Source: Raillietiella orientalis
Taxonomy: Eukaryota
Direction: 5' to 3'
Assembly (NCBI GenBank): GCA_036172245.1
Contig: JAYWIR010000006.1
Location: 1,302,001-1,366,000 of the forward strand
Length of the DNA stretch: 64,000 bases
Shown here: piece after piece, positions 11,501-24,322 of the stretch
How the letters are laid out: the number at the start of each line of letters is the position of its first letter
Position numbering within the stretch: position 1 is the stretch's first letter
The notes under the pieces: generated by a model
Database searches by the model: none
What the model was told of the DNA's origin: nothing
Seen by the model: the letters and a program-made list of their open reading frames with translations, nothing else
Translations under genes and position numbers: made by a program

Positions 11501-12160
11501 TTTGGGCAGATCGTCTGCCCCCACTACTGGGTGAGGTATGTGTACTGTAAGTACCGTGGAATTGCGGATAGGATGCAATCCAGTTTGACCGCCGCGAGGG
11601 ATTTGTAGCGTTCTAAATTGTGCATCGAAAACACTGTCGTGCGTGGTTGAATGTAATGTCGGTCTCCGTTTCGGACGACACTCCTGGCAACCACGAAAAG
11701 AACGCGTGTGCGCTGATCCACTGTTGTTATTGTGGTGGAAAACCTGTTGTGGATCTCGATTAGCCAGTGGTTGGTACAGGCTCAACAGGAAACCAACGGC
11801 AGGAACGTTCATTGGGTGGTAAGGCGCTCCGCAGAACACATACGAAATGCGGGTACTTTTGGATGATCCTTTTTCCGAGTACATTCAGCAACGGTGGTAA
11901 GCTTGCATGGATCTAGAAGCTTCTCAGTATACTTCTCAGAGGTTCACGTACTTTTCTCCTTTGCCGACTTTTGGTAGGGCGCAGAAACTCGGAATTCGTG
12001 ATGCTCCCCACTCGTTACCCTTCAGCTGTGCCAGCAGTCGAGACGTTCCTGAAAACTTCGTTGAGCAGGGATTTGGTGGCCTGGTTATACCAGCAGGTGA
12101 CTCCCCCGTCTCCTCGCCCGCAAGCACCAAAAACCCATTAGGACTCATCAGGACTCGCCA

Positions 12161-12188
12161 ATCGCCCTTTTGGCTAAGATCAAATTGT
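12161..12188 (+). pseudogene. U2: Degenerate U2 snRNA 5'-end fragment
   Basis: ATCGC-(7-nt deletion)-CCTTTTGGCTAAGATCAAAtTGT versus U2 ATCGCTTCTCGGCCTTTTGGCTAAGATCAA(A)GTGT; 19-nt exact core; rest of U2 absent. Confidence 0.7.
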
Positions 12189-15100
12189 TTTCGGCATCCT
12201 CCGTTCTTTCCGAAATCTTCTCAGACGAGCTTCTCTTAATTTCTGACTCACTCGAAGAACATTCTTCTTCGGTGGTTGGTTTGGTCTCCGCACTTGTCGC
12301 AAATGCTCTGCTGAAAACCACTTTAGAGAGCATAATAATAATAAAATGAATGCACTTTCATTGGTCAGCGGAACCTTGCTGTTCCTTTTATTGCCACTAG
12401 CAGGATTTCCTTCCAATTAAGTAAAGCACTGATCCCGATTTTCAAAAAGAAAACGGCTCTGGGACGCAGCTGAAGTTCTCGACAGTCCGCGATGGATGAT
12501 GCTCAAGACCTACAGCGAGCAGGAAGTCTTCCTTTGAATGACCCTCCTTCCCGTAGTAGTTCCTCCCATTTCACCTGTTGACGGGGTCCGAGGCAGCATC
12601 TGTTTGTCGATCCACAGCAGCTTCCTCTGCTACCGCCGTTGTCTGATTCTAAGAATAAAGTTGTGGCCTAATTGCTGGTGGTCGTTTACTCGACTCTCCC
12701 CAAATTCAACGGGTGGTGAGAAGCAGGGGAAAAAAGAAGAACGAAAGAATTGCGAAAATTCGAACGAAAAGTTAATGGGCGTGCCCGATATGCATAAAAG
12801 TCAAGTGAAAGATGGTGGTGAAGAGCCCCAATTGGATGGCAAGGGGTGGAAGAAAGGCTGCAGTCCGCTGTCACACCTTCGCGTTGTTTTCCCACGACCG
12901 TTCTGCTTCTTCCTGTGACGCTTGGATTTTCGCCAGCAGCAAGGACGGCCTCGCGCACAAGGGTCCTGATGGGGCGCCCCAGTGGGTTCCCCCTCCTCCC
13001 CCCATTCTCCTCCCCGAGCACTTTTGCTTTCCGGTAGGCGGCAAACCTTGCGAGATCACCATCCAAGAGCAAAGGGTCGAAAATGTCCTGGGCAACCTTC
13101 CTCGAGAGCGAGCGGGCTCTGCCAAGAGGCACGGTCACTTGGTCAACCGGGTCGGGAAAACGACACGGGGAAAATGCGAGCCGAAAACAACCGGTCCCTG
13201 AAGACGGCGACCGCCCGAGAATTTTTCTCTCGAGACCTGGTGCTCTGGAACGAAGGGGTCACATCACACCCCGCTTTCCCTGCTCTCGCGGACACTCGGC
13301 GGGCAGCGTCGGAAGCGGGGCAAAGAAAGGAAACTTCTCTTCGAAGCAAGGATCTGCCTCCCTTCTCCTCTGGCAGAGGGGTTTCTGGCTTCGTAGGAGC
13401 ACCTTGGGAGGACCCCCAGGGGTGTGGGACCCTAGCAGCGGGGTGCTGAGGTGATGACCCGAAGGGAGCAAGAGAGAAAGCGTGAAAGGGAGGACGGGAA
13501 TCCGACCCCGCTGGGACGTACACTGGGAATGCATTCCCGGTCGCCATCCAGGATGAGCGGCTCTCGGCGGGCGTCCGTAGATGGGATGAACGGACTGGCA
13601 GGGGAAAGGAAAAACCCTGGAGATCGCGTGAGCGGGAATCGGGAAAACGGCTAAACGGGAAGCTATCGGTTTCCGGGTTGTGGGAGAGGTCGAGGAAGGT
13701 CACACACCGAGTCAACCGAGTGCTCAGCATCCGACCACTTCATCGGGAGAGCAATCCGAGTTGCAAGACGCCGCTTGTAAGTCGCCACTCGAGAACTCCC
13801 CCCCCCTTCCCTCCCTTCTTTCCCGGGTTCCGCCGCGCCCGCGCATCCGCGAGTCCCTCCGGCAACTCGCTGGCTTTCCAGCGCGCACCTCATCTTCCTG
13901 TTGCCCCGGGAAACAACTCGCGGGCGAGCGTCCCGGTCTTTCCATCCATCCTTTGGCGAGGAAAGGGGAGGAAGGATCCTTCCTTTGCGGTGGACAGACC
14001 CGTCGTCGAATTTGGGAACGCTAAAGTTCCGATCCCCGCGCGCCCGCGAAGTAGGCCTTCCAGGCCGTCGCGGGACGCGGCGATCCATTTCGGAAGCATC
14101 AGAGCGGGCGGCTGGGAGCGGGAGGATGCCCTCCCGGCGGGTGGAAGAGGGCGCCGCGTTTCCCCTGAAGCGGGTAGATTCCTGGCGCGAGGGAGCGGGC
14201 GAAAACCGCGCGCGCGCTGCCCGCCTGCGTCGAGTCCCGAAGGAGAGCGCGCGGGGAGTGGGAGGATCTCGACTTTTCCCGAGCTGCCCCTGGAGTCGGT
14301 CCAGGTCGCCTCCGCTCGTTTTCCCGCCTGGTCAACCTTTGCCGAGTTGACCTTGGACACAAAAGTTTTCCGGAAATCGACCTCGGCTTTTTGAAAGATC
14401 GCCCGTTGGGGCGGGGAACGGACTTCGGAGAGGACGCCCTTTCGCTGCTGGCGACCCCTTCGCGTTCAAGTCCTTCGCCGTGGTGAGGAAGGGGGTGGAA
14501 GGAAAAGCGTCCCGGGCTAAGTCCACCGCGCGCGCATGCGCGCCGTGGGAATGCCGAGGCCGGAAGCGCTCGCATCCGGCGCGGGTACCCCTTGCGGTCT
14601 TCGAGTCCCAGGGCTGTGCGTTTCTTCCGTGGCGGAATTTGCCGGATGGAAATTCGCAGGCACGACTTGGGTTCCTCGAGGGGACCTGAAATTCGGGACT
14701 GTCCCTCCGCGCTCGAGGATACCCGAAGGTTTCCGGAATTTGCTTCCCCCTCCTCTCCCCCTTCCCCTTGAAATCTCCTGCAATCCCGCGTCTTTGCTTG
14801 ACTTTACCAAACAAAGGTCCACGCCGAGGTCTGTTGCCCCGCCAGCTCTAGCGCCTGACTGGAAGAAAACAGTTGTCACGTGGGCGAAGGTGAGCGAGCC
14901 TAGATCCGAAGAGTGTAACTGCCTGCGACTCGGCATCTGCGCTCGCTGCGGAAGATCCTGGAGTGTCCCAGCATGAGCGCGTGGGCGGAGACGACCCCCC
15001 TCGCTGTAGTAGTGCCCTTCCTGAGGAGGCATTTGGCAGCAGCCAATCACCGTGGTGGGAAGTCGCCTGCGAGATCTCAGACAGGTGGAAGCTGATGAGT

Positions 15101-15403
15101 GGTTTGACCATGGGGCAGCTGGCGGACTCCGCGACCCCGAGTGCCCTTCTGCGAGGATTATAGCGCAGGGACGAGCTGCTCGGCATTTCATCTGAAGACC
15201 TGCAGCGGCCCCCAGAGCTCAGGGGCAGCAGCATCCTCCCCTTGAAGCGGCAGGAACCGGCACTTCTGCTGTTGCGCTGGGGCTTCCCCTGCAACGCATG
15301 CCGACACCACCGGACGCTGGGGAGGACGAGTCCGGACTGTCTCAGATGTCCAGGGAACGCAAATCCCCCTCCCGCAACTGCTCGTGGACTGCATCGCCCT
15401 CCG

Positions 15404-15417
15404 GTCCCCATGGAAAC
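15404..15417. promoter_or_regulatory. X-box (RFX/DAF-19) motif
   Basis: GTCCCCATGGAAAC matches RTHNYY-WT-RRNRAC exactly; a looser site GTTTCCTAACGAC follows directly (15418-15430). Confidence 0.4.
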
Positions 15418-18079
15418 GTTTCCTAACGACCTTCCGGATCCCTGTTGGCACCCTCCCAGGGGCATTTTACGGCTCCTCTTTTTGCGGGGCTCCCTAGAGC
15501 CAGCCGCAGTCTCAGTAGCTCTCTGCTGCATCCGCGGCGGCCTGGACCGAAGCCGACGGAGGAAGAAACGGGAGGGACGCCGTCCACTCAGCAGTTCGTT
15601 TCCTGTGGATGGCGTCCAGATGGCCCCATCCGGGACTATTCGCACGGACCTAGCCGGCATCCTGGAAAGGATGACAGTGGCCCTCTCCCGCCTCTCCAGA
15701 GTGTTCTTACTTATTTTTCTTTTTCCTCCCATCGTCCTCCGCTGCCGCGGTGACCTCCGCAGGTCTGCCTGCGGCGACCCGGCAGTTCTGCTGTAGAATC
15801 GGCTATGGTGAGGCTTCCTACTCCACCACGATAGTCATGGGTTCATTTCGGTCAACAACAAACGCCCCGGCGCGATCGGGAGACTACGCCCTTCCTTTGA
15901 AGCGATCGGCTCACGCAGCCCTTTGACACTGGTCCACTCCACCCAAGGGTGCAAGTGAACTTTTCAAGATAGGGGAAACCCCGTGAGGGAGCCACCCATG
16001 AATCCAGGTCCGTTCCTCCCGCCCTTGGGATGGAACTCCGAAGGGAATTCCTGCCCTGGTGGTCTCCGGAGGGACTCCCCGGAAGGGGGTGCTACTACTA
16101 CTCATTTCTTCGAAGGGAGCCCGGAAGGGAAACGCTCCTGGTTTCCTCCTCCTCTGAAGAGACCCCTGGAGGGAGCAGCGCTATTCTTGCACTCTGGAGA
16201 GGTGTCATCGGTCTACCAGTTCCATGTCCTGGGTCTGGTCCCCTCTCGGGAAGAGCGAGGCGCGGCTCCTTTGCACAACCGGAGGGGAACCCCGAAGGGA
16301 ACCGGACTCCTTGATTCGGTTTCCTGGAAGGACCTTGGAGGGTCGACCCCCAATCCCGATCACTCATCGGAGGCACCTGGTTTTTCAGCTGCTGGTGCCG
16401 CTCCCGAAGCCCTCAGGCGCATCTTCCCCGGAGGAGGTCGCGCGCCATACCGTTCAGCGAGCCATCGCCACTTGTGCCCGCAGGAGGAGGTGGCAAAGAA
16501 TCCACTTGCTTTCAATCGGGGAGGACAAAGTGGGAAGTTGGGGGGGGGGGACATGCCGCGGAGAGATTGGAAGGGAAGGCAAAGGACGGTCCGTTCGGGG
16601 ACCCCAGGGCACAGAGTTCCCGCGAAGGGAGGCGCGTCTCGGACGTAGCGGAGAGCAGACGCAAGAACGCCTGGAGGAACGGGGAGCGCAGCTGCGGAAC
16701 GGGCCAGCGCGCGTCCGCCGGGCGGGAAGAACAGGGTCCGCCCCCGCCCTTCCTTGATTTCGCGAGCTGAAGATGGAAGAGGGGAAGAGCGCGGGTTGGG
16801 GGCGCCCAGGGGCTCGGTGCAGCTGCTCCCCGCGCTTCGAAGAAGGACATCTTGTGGTGGCAAAGATGGCCCTCAAAGCACGTGGGAAGAGGCCCGAACG
16901 GTTCATCCTCCCTGCCCGTCCTCTACCCTTCCTCTGGAGCAGGAGCGCGGGTCTCCGACCTGTCCTCCCCCAGAAGGACTCGGTGGGAGCACCTGCTTCT
17001 TTCGGCTGTCTCGGTGGGAGCTCCGGTCGGGCGGGTGTATCCCATATCCCGGACGACGCGGCGGGAAGGAGGCTTGCGAGGCTCCCTTCCTCCCCAGCTC
17101 ACGGTCCTATGGTGGATCCGCCGTGAGGTCCTGCCCTGCCCCAACATCCTCCCTGAAACTCTGGTGCCGGAGGCGCACGCCGTCTTACTAGCACCTCTCC
17201 CTTTCCTCTGAGATGTGGCCGGCAGGCTTCGGCCGTCAGGACGAACTCCCGGACATTACCCCGTCCTCCCCCCCTCGGCGATTCGAAGATTCCTCCGAGC
17301 TCATCATTGGGCTCGATACTGCTTGCCCGACCCCAGGTCTTGAGTGTTGCCGCATCCCTGCTCTCAGCAGTCGCGGGGGTCAATGGGAAAGAGGGCAAGG
17401 TAAGCGTTGGCTGACCACTTGGATCAGGTAGTTCCGCTTCAGCTTCGTCGGACCGTTCGGCCCCCCCTTCCTTTCCCTACAAGGGCTACCCGCTTCCGGA
17501 TCTATAGGAGGCGAGGCCGGGGCTTTTCCAAAGGGAAGGCGGACGGCAGCGCTGCCGGTTGCGTCTCCTGGCGACGCGTGCTGAAGCTCCCAGGATAGAG
17601 GTCTTCCTTTCCGAGGGCTTCTTCTCTTCCCTCCACGCGCGCCCACTTCTCCTCGACCCTCCCTTGGGAGAGTCTTCCTCCTCCTCCGTGGGGAGGGGGC
17701 AAGTGGACGAGGCAGAGAAATCCGCGGCTCGTACCGCGCTCCCTGCTTCCACGAAAGGAACCGTCACGCTGCCTCGAGGAGGAACCCTGGCTCTGCACGA
17801 AGGAGGGGAAGTGAGTAAGGGTCCCGTCAGGGAACGCCCAGGTCAACGCCCAAACCTCCCTTCGAGTGCTCTCCCGTCGAGGATGGAGGAGCGCGCCTAC
17901 CGGACCGCCTGGCCGATCGCAGGATCCTCTGGGATAGATCGAGCTCCGAGGAGCTCGGAACAGGGAGCTCTGCTTCGAACTCTTGGGGAGTCTCCCTTGT
18001 TCCCCTCATGCCAGCGAGAGGATCGGGATGTACCCTCTCTCCTCCTTTCTCTCTCCCTCTCCCTCTGAGAGCGAGTGAG

Positions 18080-18093
18080 GTTCCCATGGCGAT
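18080..18093 (-). promoter_or_regulatory. X-box (RFX/DAF-19) motif
   Basis: Minus strand ATCGCCATGGGAAC matches RTHNYY-WT-RRNRAC exactly. Confidence 0.35.
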
Positions 18094-21000
18094 GGTGCCA
18101 GCGATCCTCTCCTTTCTTGCCCCTTTGCTGGCAGCTGCCGTCGCACTGGAAACTGTTCCCCTTCTTACCCTCATCCCCACCCCCCGTCCTCTCACTGCCA
18201 ATCTCACTGGGAGGGGCTTAAGAGATGGTGGGATGGAGAGGAGGGAGGAGGAAGAAGAGTTGCGCGCTCATCCTCCGGGCAGAAAGAAGAGCAAAACAGA
18301 CCGAGGGAGCTCACGGGCATCTACGCGTGGCAGAAGAAGAACTCGTAAATTCCGTTTCCGGCGTGGAGGAATGGGGAGCGAAGTTGAGAACGGGACACAT
18401 CCTCTCCTGAGGGGATGCATGGGGGAATGGAAGAGGGAAAAAGGCGCACTCCTTCATCAGATGCGAGACTCGAGGTGGAGGCCGCGCGGAGACGCGGGAG
18501 AGAATGGTCCAAAGCTCCCCCTCCCTCTCCTCTTCCCCTCACGCTTGGAGCCGCCGAGGCACCTCCCTCGCACGCACCTCCTCGCCTCTTTGTGTACCGC
18601 GATCTGAGCGTGACGACTTCACGGCTACCACGTCTCCCCCCTCCCAACGAGGCCGCTTCATCGTGGCCCCATCGGTCCCTCCCGCGTAAGAAGGTCGGAC
18701 CGCCTTGGCGGTCTCACGACGGAGGCGCCGCATCCGCCCGGAGGGATCCGCGTGCTCCAGAGCTTCCCTGTCCCCTTTTTTCCACTTAGCGCAGTCAAGT
18801 CTCTTCCCGGCGATAAGTCCCCCCCCCCTCCCACTACCACCCGCGCAGGCATCGTTTCCTAGCTCTCGCAACAATGAGGAGAGAGTTCCTTCCGCTTTCG
18901 CAACAATGGCGACCCAACGTTTCCTCCGCCCCTTCTCTTCTCTCGTTGCGGGTGATCGCGCGGCAGCTGCCATCATTCCGACCCCAGGTGGGATCTTTTT
19001 GTCCGTGTCGAGGGAGCCTCTGGGTGGGAAGAGGGGAGAAAGGGGTAGCGAGCGAGTCTCTTTCCTGTCTGGAGCTTGCCGTGTCCTGAGCGATCATGGG
19101 CGCAGAATCCCAGGGCCACAGTTCAGCTCTTCCTCCCTTCCTCCTTTTCCGTTCGCCTGGATTTTATGAAATCTGTTAGCTGGCGGGTCGCAAAGGCATC
19201 AGCGCAGGAAGATGCACCCGTTCTCGGGATTCTCTTCCTTTTCCTTCCCTCCCCGTTCTCACTCGATAAGATGCGGAGGAGTGATAGGGCAGTCACACGC
19301 GTGCGAAACGCGTGAGTGAACCTGCACGTCACACGCCCTCGTTACTCAGCGCAGCGTTCCAGGCTGGTACGGATCTGTTAATTGGTGGGCCTCCTCCTCG
19401 TTGCCTGCCCAGCCCTCTGCCTTCACCCTCCGGAAGATGCTGCCCTCCCTGTTAATCTACCACCCCTCCACCCTCCAACGAGTGTATTTTCCCTTGGAGC
19501 CTGCGCTCTTGGTACGCCGCTCGTCCGAAGTTCGTTCGTTTCGCTTGCTTTTGTCGTTGCCCGGAAACCGCGTGGACGACACGCGCGCGTCCAACTCGGT
19601 CTTCGGGAGCTCCTGTTCCTCTTCCTTCTCCTCCTCCTTCTTCCCTTCCCCATTTTTTGTCACGGTTCATTTTCGGCTCTCCCTCTTTCCTGTTGACCAC
19701 TCGAAGGACACCCTCTCACTTGCCTGAATGCGGTCTACTGGGAAAACCGAGACGAGGAGAAAGGGTGGAAGGGAGGGACGGGACCTCGTTGCCCCCGTTG
19801 GTCCACGGCGCGAGAAACTGCTGAGCTGGGGACGCCGACGTCATGGGTTCGTACACCGGCTCACGCGTTGGAGCGATCGGCTGGCTCCGCCACCGCCAAG
19901 GACCTCCGGAGCGCCAGCAGCTGCGTTCGAGGTTCCGCGAACCGGCCTTGGCCATTCAGGCAAGTGGCCAAGGGGGACGCATCGACGACAGAACGGATCG
20001 GCGCCGCATGGTTGCCCCTCGCGCGGGCGACTGCTGGCGGCCACGGAAGCGGCATCCCGGAGGGTCGGGAGCGCATGGAGTGGACTCCGCGGGGCGAAGA
20101 GCTCGAGCCGACTTAAAAAGCGCGCGTGCGAGAACCGCCGAAAAGAGAAAAAAAGAAGAGGAGGATGTCTTCGCCACGTGCCTTCCTGCCGCGAGTCGCT
20201 TCCGCCCCACGTCGGCGCCACCGAAGGGGGAGGCTCGGGACCGCTGCCCTTTCTCCAGCGCGTGCTTCCCGCTCGCACGCCGGGGTCCGTGTGCCGAGGA
20301 AGAGCGCGCACCTACGGGGAGCATCGCCTTCGACGCCGGCGCCCTCGACCCACGCGCCCAGCGGCGTCTCGCTGGCGATAGCTCCCAGACGGGGGAAACT
20401 CGAAGAGGACCCATTGCGGCTGGACGCTGGCCAGGATTTAATCACGCGCTCAGCGATGGGGAATAATGAATAGGAGGGCGTGCGCGCGCTCCGTAGGCAA
20501 ACGAGCAGAACTGCCATGCGCGCTCCTCCGCGGGTTCAGGGCGGACCAATCAGCGCGCATCGGTTTCTCCTCCTCCCTTTCCCTCCCCCCTCTTCCTCCC
20601 CCTCTCGCGATTGCCTACGCCCGGCTGGCCCCATCGAACGAGAGACCCCGAGCCAAGGCGCGCGCAGGGTTGCCTCGTGTGCCCGTGGAACGTTCCGAGG
20701 GCCACTCTCCTGATGGACTTCGCCCGCAGAGGGCAGAGGACTTTCCGTTCACCCGTCTGAAGGACAGTGCCCCGGGGGCATGCCGAACGTTCCCACCCCT
20801 CCGTCCTTCCCTCACAGCGCTTCTCCCGGATTAGCTCCCGGGAGAGGCGCTGTTCCCGGCGCCGCCGCGAGGAACACGCGCACCGACCTCGAGAGGTGTT
20901 GCGTAGGGGATCCTTTAGTAGGGCGGAGGGCGAGGCAGCCGAAGGCAAGGCGGGGGACGCGGCGTGCCCTGCGAAATCCGTCGCGGCCGAAGAGCTCCGA

Positions 21001-21953
21001 ACATCTGGAGAAGGACGAGAGGCGGCCCGAGGGCTCTTCACGTCTTGCGCGATCCGGAAGAGTTTCGTCCCTCCCCCCTCTCTCCCGCCCCTCGGGCGCG
21101 CCTCCGCCGCACCGGACGGCTTCCGAGCGGGGGAGTCCGTGGTCCGCATCGGCCGGCGAGTGTCGCGCCCTCCGGGCGGCAGCACCGAAGGTTGGCGCAG
21201 TCGCGCGCGTCGGAAATGCGTCCGCGCACCACCACGCAAGTGCGCCTGCCGCGGATGTGCCGCCCTTCGCTGTAAGCATCCCGCGGTGTGCTGCGCGCGC
21301 GCGCGTCGGAACCCAAACCGTCCGCAGCCTGTCCTCACCCCCACCGCGTGGGTGCGCGCGCAGTGGGCGGAAAGCACGCTGCTCCTCATCGAGGACCCGC
21401 GCCAACCGTCTGTGGCCGTTTGCGGCGACACTCCGCAGCCGCCTGCGTCGGTCGGTCGGCTGCGGCCAGCCCGTCGCATCGCGCGAGTGTCCCTGGCGGT
21501 CGGACCGGAAGCTCCGCGCCGGAGGGCGGACGCTGCGCCGGGTGCGTGCCTCCCCTTCCTCCTCCACCGCCCTCCTGGACTCGCAGCCCTTCGGACATTC
21601 TTCCCTGCCTGCCTCGCGACGACCCTTCCCGTGCTGACCTGCACCTGGGGCAGCCGACCCCCCCAAGCGAGAGCTGGAAGGGAGTGCGCGTAAGGCACAC
21701 AGAGGAGAGAGGTCTGCCCCTCTCCTCAGATGGGACAGGGAGACTGGGGAGGGGGGAAAAGAGGGCAGGATTCGTCTTCCGAGCCGCCGAGGAGGACGCG
21801 GGCCGCGCGCAGACCTTCTTGCTCGCCTGCGGGGTTCTGACCTGCTGACCAGTCTAAGGGGCCCGTAGGGAGCGTCGGGAGCCTCGCGGAGGTCTGGGAG
21901 CGACTGCACGACCGCGGAGGGGCGGCCGGCGCCGACAGAGTGGAGCTCTCCGC

Positions 21954-21967
21954 GTGGCCATGGCAAC
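21954..21967. promoter_or_regulatory. X-box (RFX) motif
   Basis: GTGGCCATGGCAAC matches GTNRCC-N2-RGYAAC. Confidence 0.35.
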
Positions 21968-24042
21968 GCCGCTTCCGCGCTCGCCGGTTCCTTTGACCCC
22001 CGCGCAGCGGCAGCTGCACCGGGGCGGTCGCGGGCTGGGTCCACCGCTCTTCTCGGCCCGTGGGACCCTTCGGGATCTGAACGCGGAGCGATCCTTCACC
22101 GGGAGCGGCCGCTCTTCCTCCGGAAAGAGGGCGGGAACACCGGGAACGCGGGTCACCCGGTGCTGTCTCGACGCATTCACGTGAGGCGGGGGGGGGGGAT
22201 AGGATAGGGGGAAGGGAGGGAGGATGCGGATCCCGGCACACCTTCCCTCCCTTCCACACACCCCTCTTCTTTTTTCCCCGGCTTCTCCGGAAGGCCGCAC
22301 CCTCCGCCTCGGATGCTGCGTCCACGCGACGCCGTGGATGAGGGGGGAAGGAAGGGAGAGGAACGAGCGGCCGGCCATCTTGCGGAGAAGATCGAAAGGC
22401 GGCCGTCGGGAGGAAAGGGAGGGAAGGAAGAAGTGGGGTGGAAGGATGAGGGTAAGGGGAGAACGGGAGGCGGAAAGGGAAGGGAAGTGCAAACGGACCG
22501 GGGGCAGGAGAAAGGTCGTAGGGCTCGACTCAGGGAGCACGGCCGTCGCCAGCAAGGGACCGCATCCTGGAGAGCCTCGTGCACGATGGGGGGCGGTAGG
22601 GAGGGGCGCACTTCCAGGAGAAGTGTGCCTCTCCCTACCGCCCCCAGCTCCTCCTCCTTCTGCTTCGGCCGGAAGGAGACGCGCTCTTTCCGCATCCCGT
22701 TTCGGGTCTTGTCGGCCGGAGGCGCTGCACGTTCGAGGCGCGCCACGTGCGCTTCGAGGGCGCTCCCCGACCTCGCTACCAACCTTTGGGGTAGGGGTCC
22801 TCGACCGACGTCCCTCTCCCTGGAAGAAGCTCTCGCTTCGAACCGTAGGGGTGACTGCTGTCCCTGATGGGGGGAGCGGGGGTGGAGGAACGCAGGAAGG
22901 GGAGTGAAACAGGGATGGGGAAAGGGCGCCAGGGTTGATGGGTAAAGGGGCGGTTGTAACCTCGCAACGGGAGGAGCGGTCGTGGGATGCGGAACGGTTT
23001 CCTGGAGATGAGGATCCTTCTCGCCACCCCGTCCACTCCGTTCGCCCCTCATTTACCCCTCCTTCCCGTCGTCCCCACGGGGACCACCCCATACTACCGG
23101 CTTGCTCTGAGCGCAGGGGTGGCCGTGCGGCGGGAAGAGGATACTCCCAAGGGGTGCGACTTCGCCTTCGGGGCGACAACCCAACCGGAAGGGGTGAGGG
23201 GGAGGCACATCCAGGCTTCCACTTCCTGCGTCATCTCCTCCTGCGCGGGGGCGTTCGCCCCCCCCCCCCCCCACTGATTCCTTTCGAAGGTTCCTGCGCC
23301 ACGCCCCTGCCGCCGGGAAGGGTCACCGTGTTGATTCGTTCCCTTTCCCTCCTCCAGATGAACCCTTGCCGGGGGCGGGGCACCGACGTCTTGTGCGATC
23401 TGTCTTTCTGGAGTCACAAGAGCTCCCAGGGTGCCTCAGAGGCTGCCGAAAAAGCTAAGAGCCGGCAGCCCGGCATGACCAAATTCCGAGAATTTGGCAC
23501 AGGAGCGGTCCTTGCCCCTCTCGGCCGTCCCTCTCAGCACTCCTGGCGTTTTTTCTTCCGGGGCAGCAAAGACACCGGACTCGCCTTCCTAGGGCTACCC
23601 GACCCACGCCACCCCCCGTCGTGAGGCCCCTCCAGGCCTCCTCTCCTGCCGAACCGGGGGCGAGGCGGCTACTGGTGTTCCAGTAAAGCTGTGCAGCTTC
23701 ACGCGATCTCCCAGGAGGAGGAAGAGGTCACCTGCTGTTGCCGAGGAAGCAGAGGAGGAGGAGGAACGAGGAGGTCAGCGTCTTCGAAGCACAGGGCTGC
23801 CCCGAGACCGCGTTCGGGACGCGGCCCTAACTTGGGGAGGGTATAGGCGTGAGAACGGGCTAGTTTGATCGCAGAGGGGAGAATTCCAGAGTCAGCCCTG
23901 GAAAAAGAAGGCTGAACGATAGCGACCTTCATAGAAGTCGCAGAAGACCCAAAGAACCCGCACGATCTTCGCGAGTGGAGAAAGCCACACGAGGGTGCCC
24001 CGGGGCTAAAGAGATACGCGCCCTGCAACGTTCTTCCCACTC

Positions 24043-24322
24043 AAGGGGAATGGGGAAGAGATGGAAGAGGAAGGGAGGAGAAGGAAGAGGAAAGAGTAAG
24101 AAGAGGAAAAGAGGAGGAAGAAGGGAGAGGAGGAGGAAGGAAGAAGGGAAGAGGAGTCCCACCTTCCTCCTCCTCTCCTCCCTTCCCCCTCTTCCCTGCC
24201 ATCCTGCCCTCCTCCTCTCCCCTTCTTCCTTCCTCCTCCTCCTCCTCTTTTCCTCCTCCCTCTTCCTTCTCTTATTCTTCCCTTCTTCCTCCTCCTCTCT
24301 CCTCCTCCTCCGCCCTACCTCC
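24043..24322. repeat. Purine tract followed by complementary pyrimidine tract (imperfect inverted repeat)
   Basis: 24128-24156 is the reverse complement of 24212-24240 at 28/29 positions; 24103-24117 is the exact reverse complement of 24241-24255. Confidence 0.8.

Noticed and set aside
11070..11900. Faint mariner- or piggyBac-like peptide fragments
   Set aside because: No catalytic motifs or terminal repeats; similarity too weak.
12133..12152. Minus-strand CTGATGAGTCC-taat-GGG hammerhead-like half core
   Set aside because: Lacks the GAAA half of the core.
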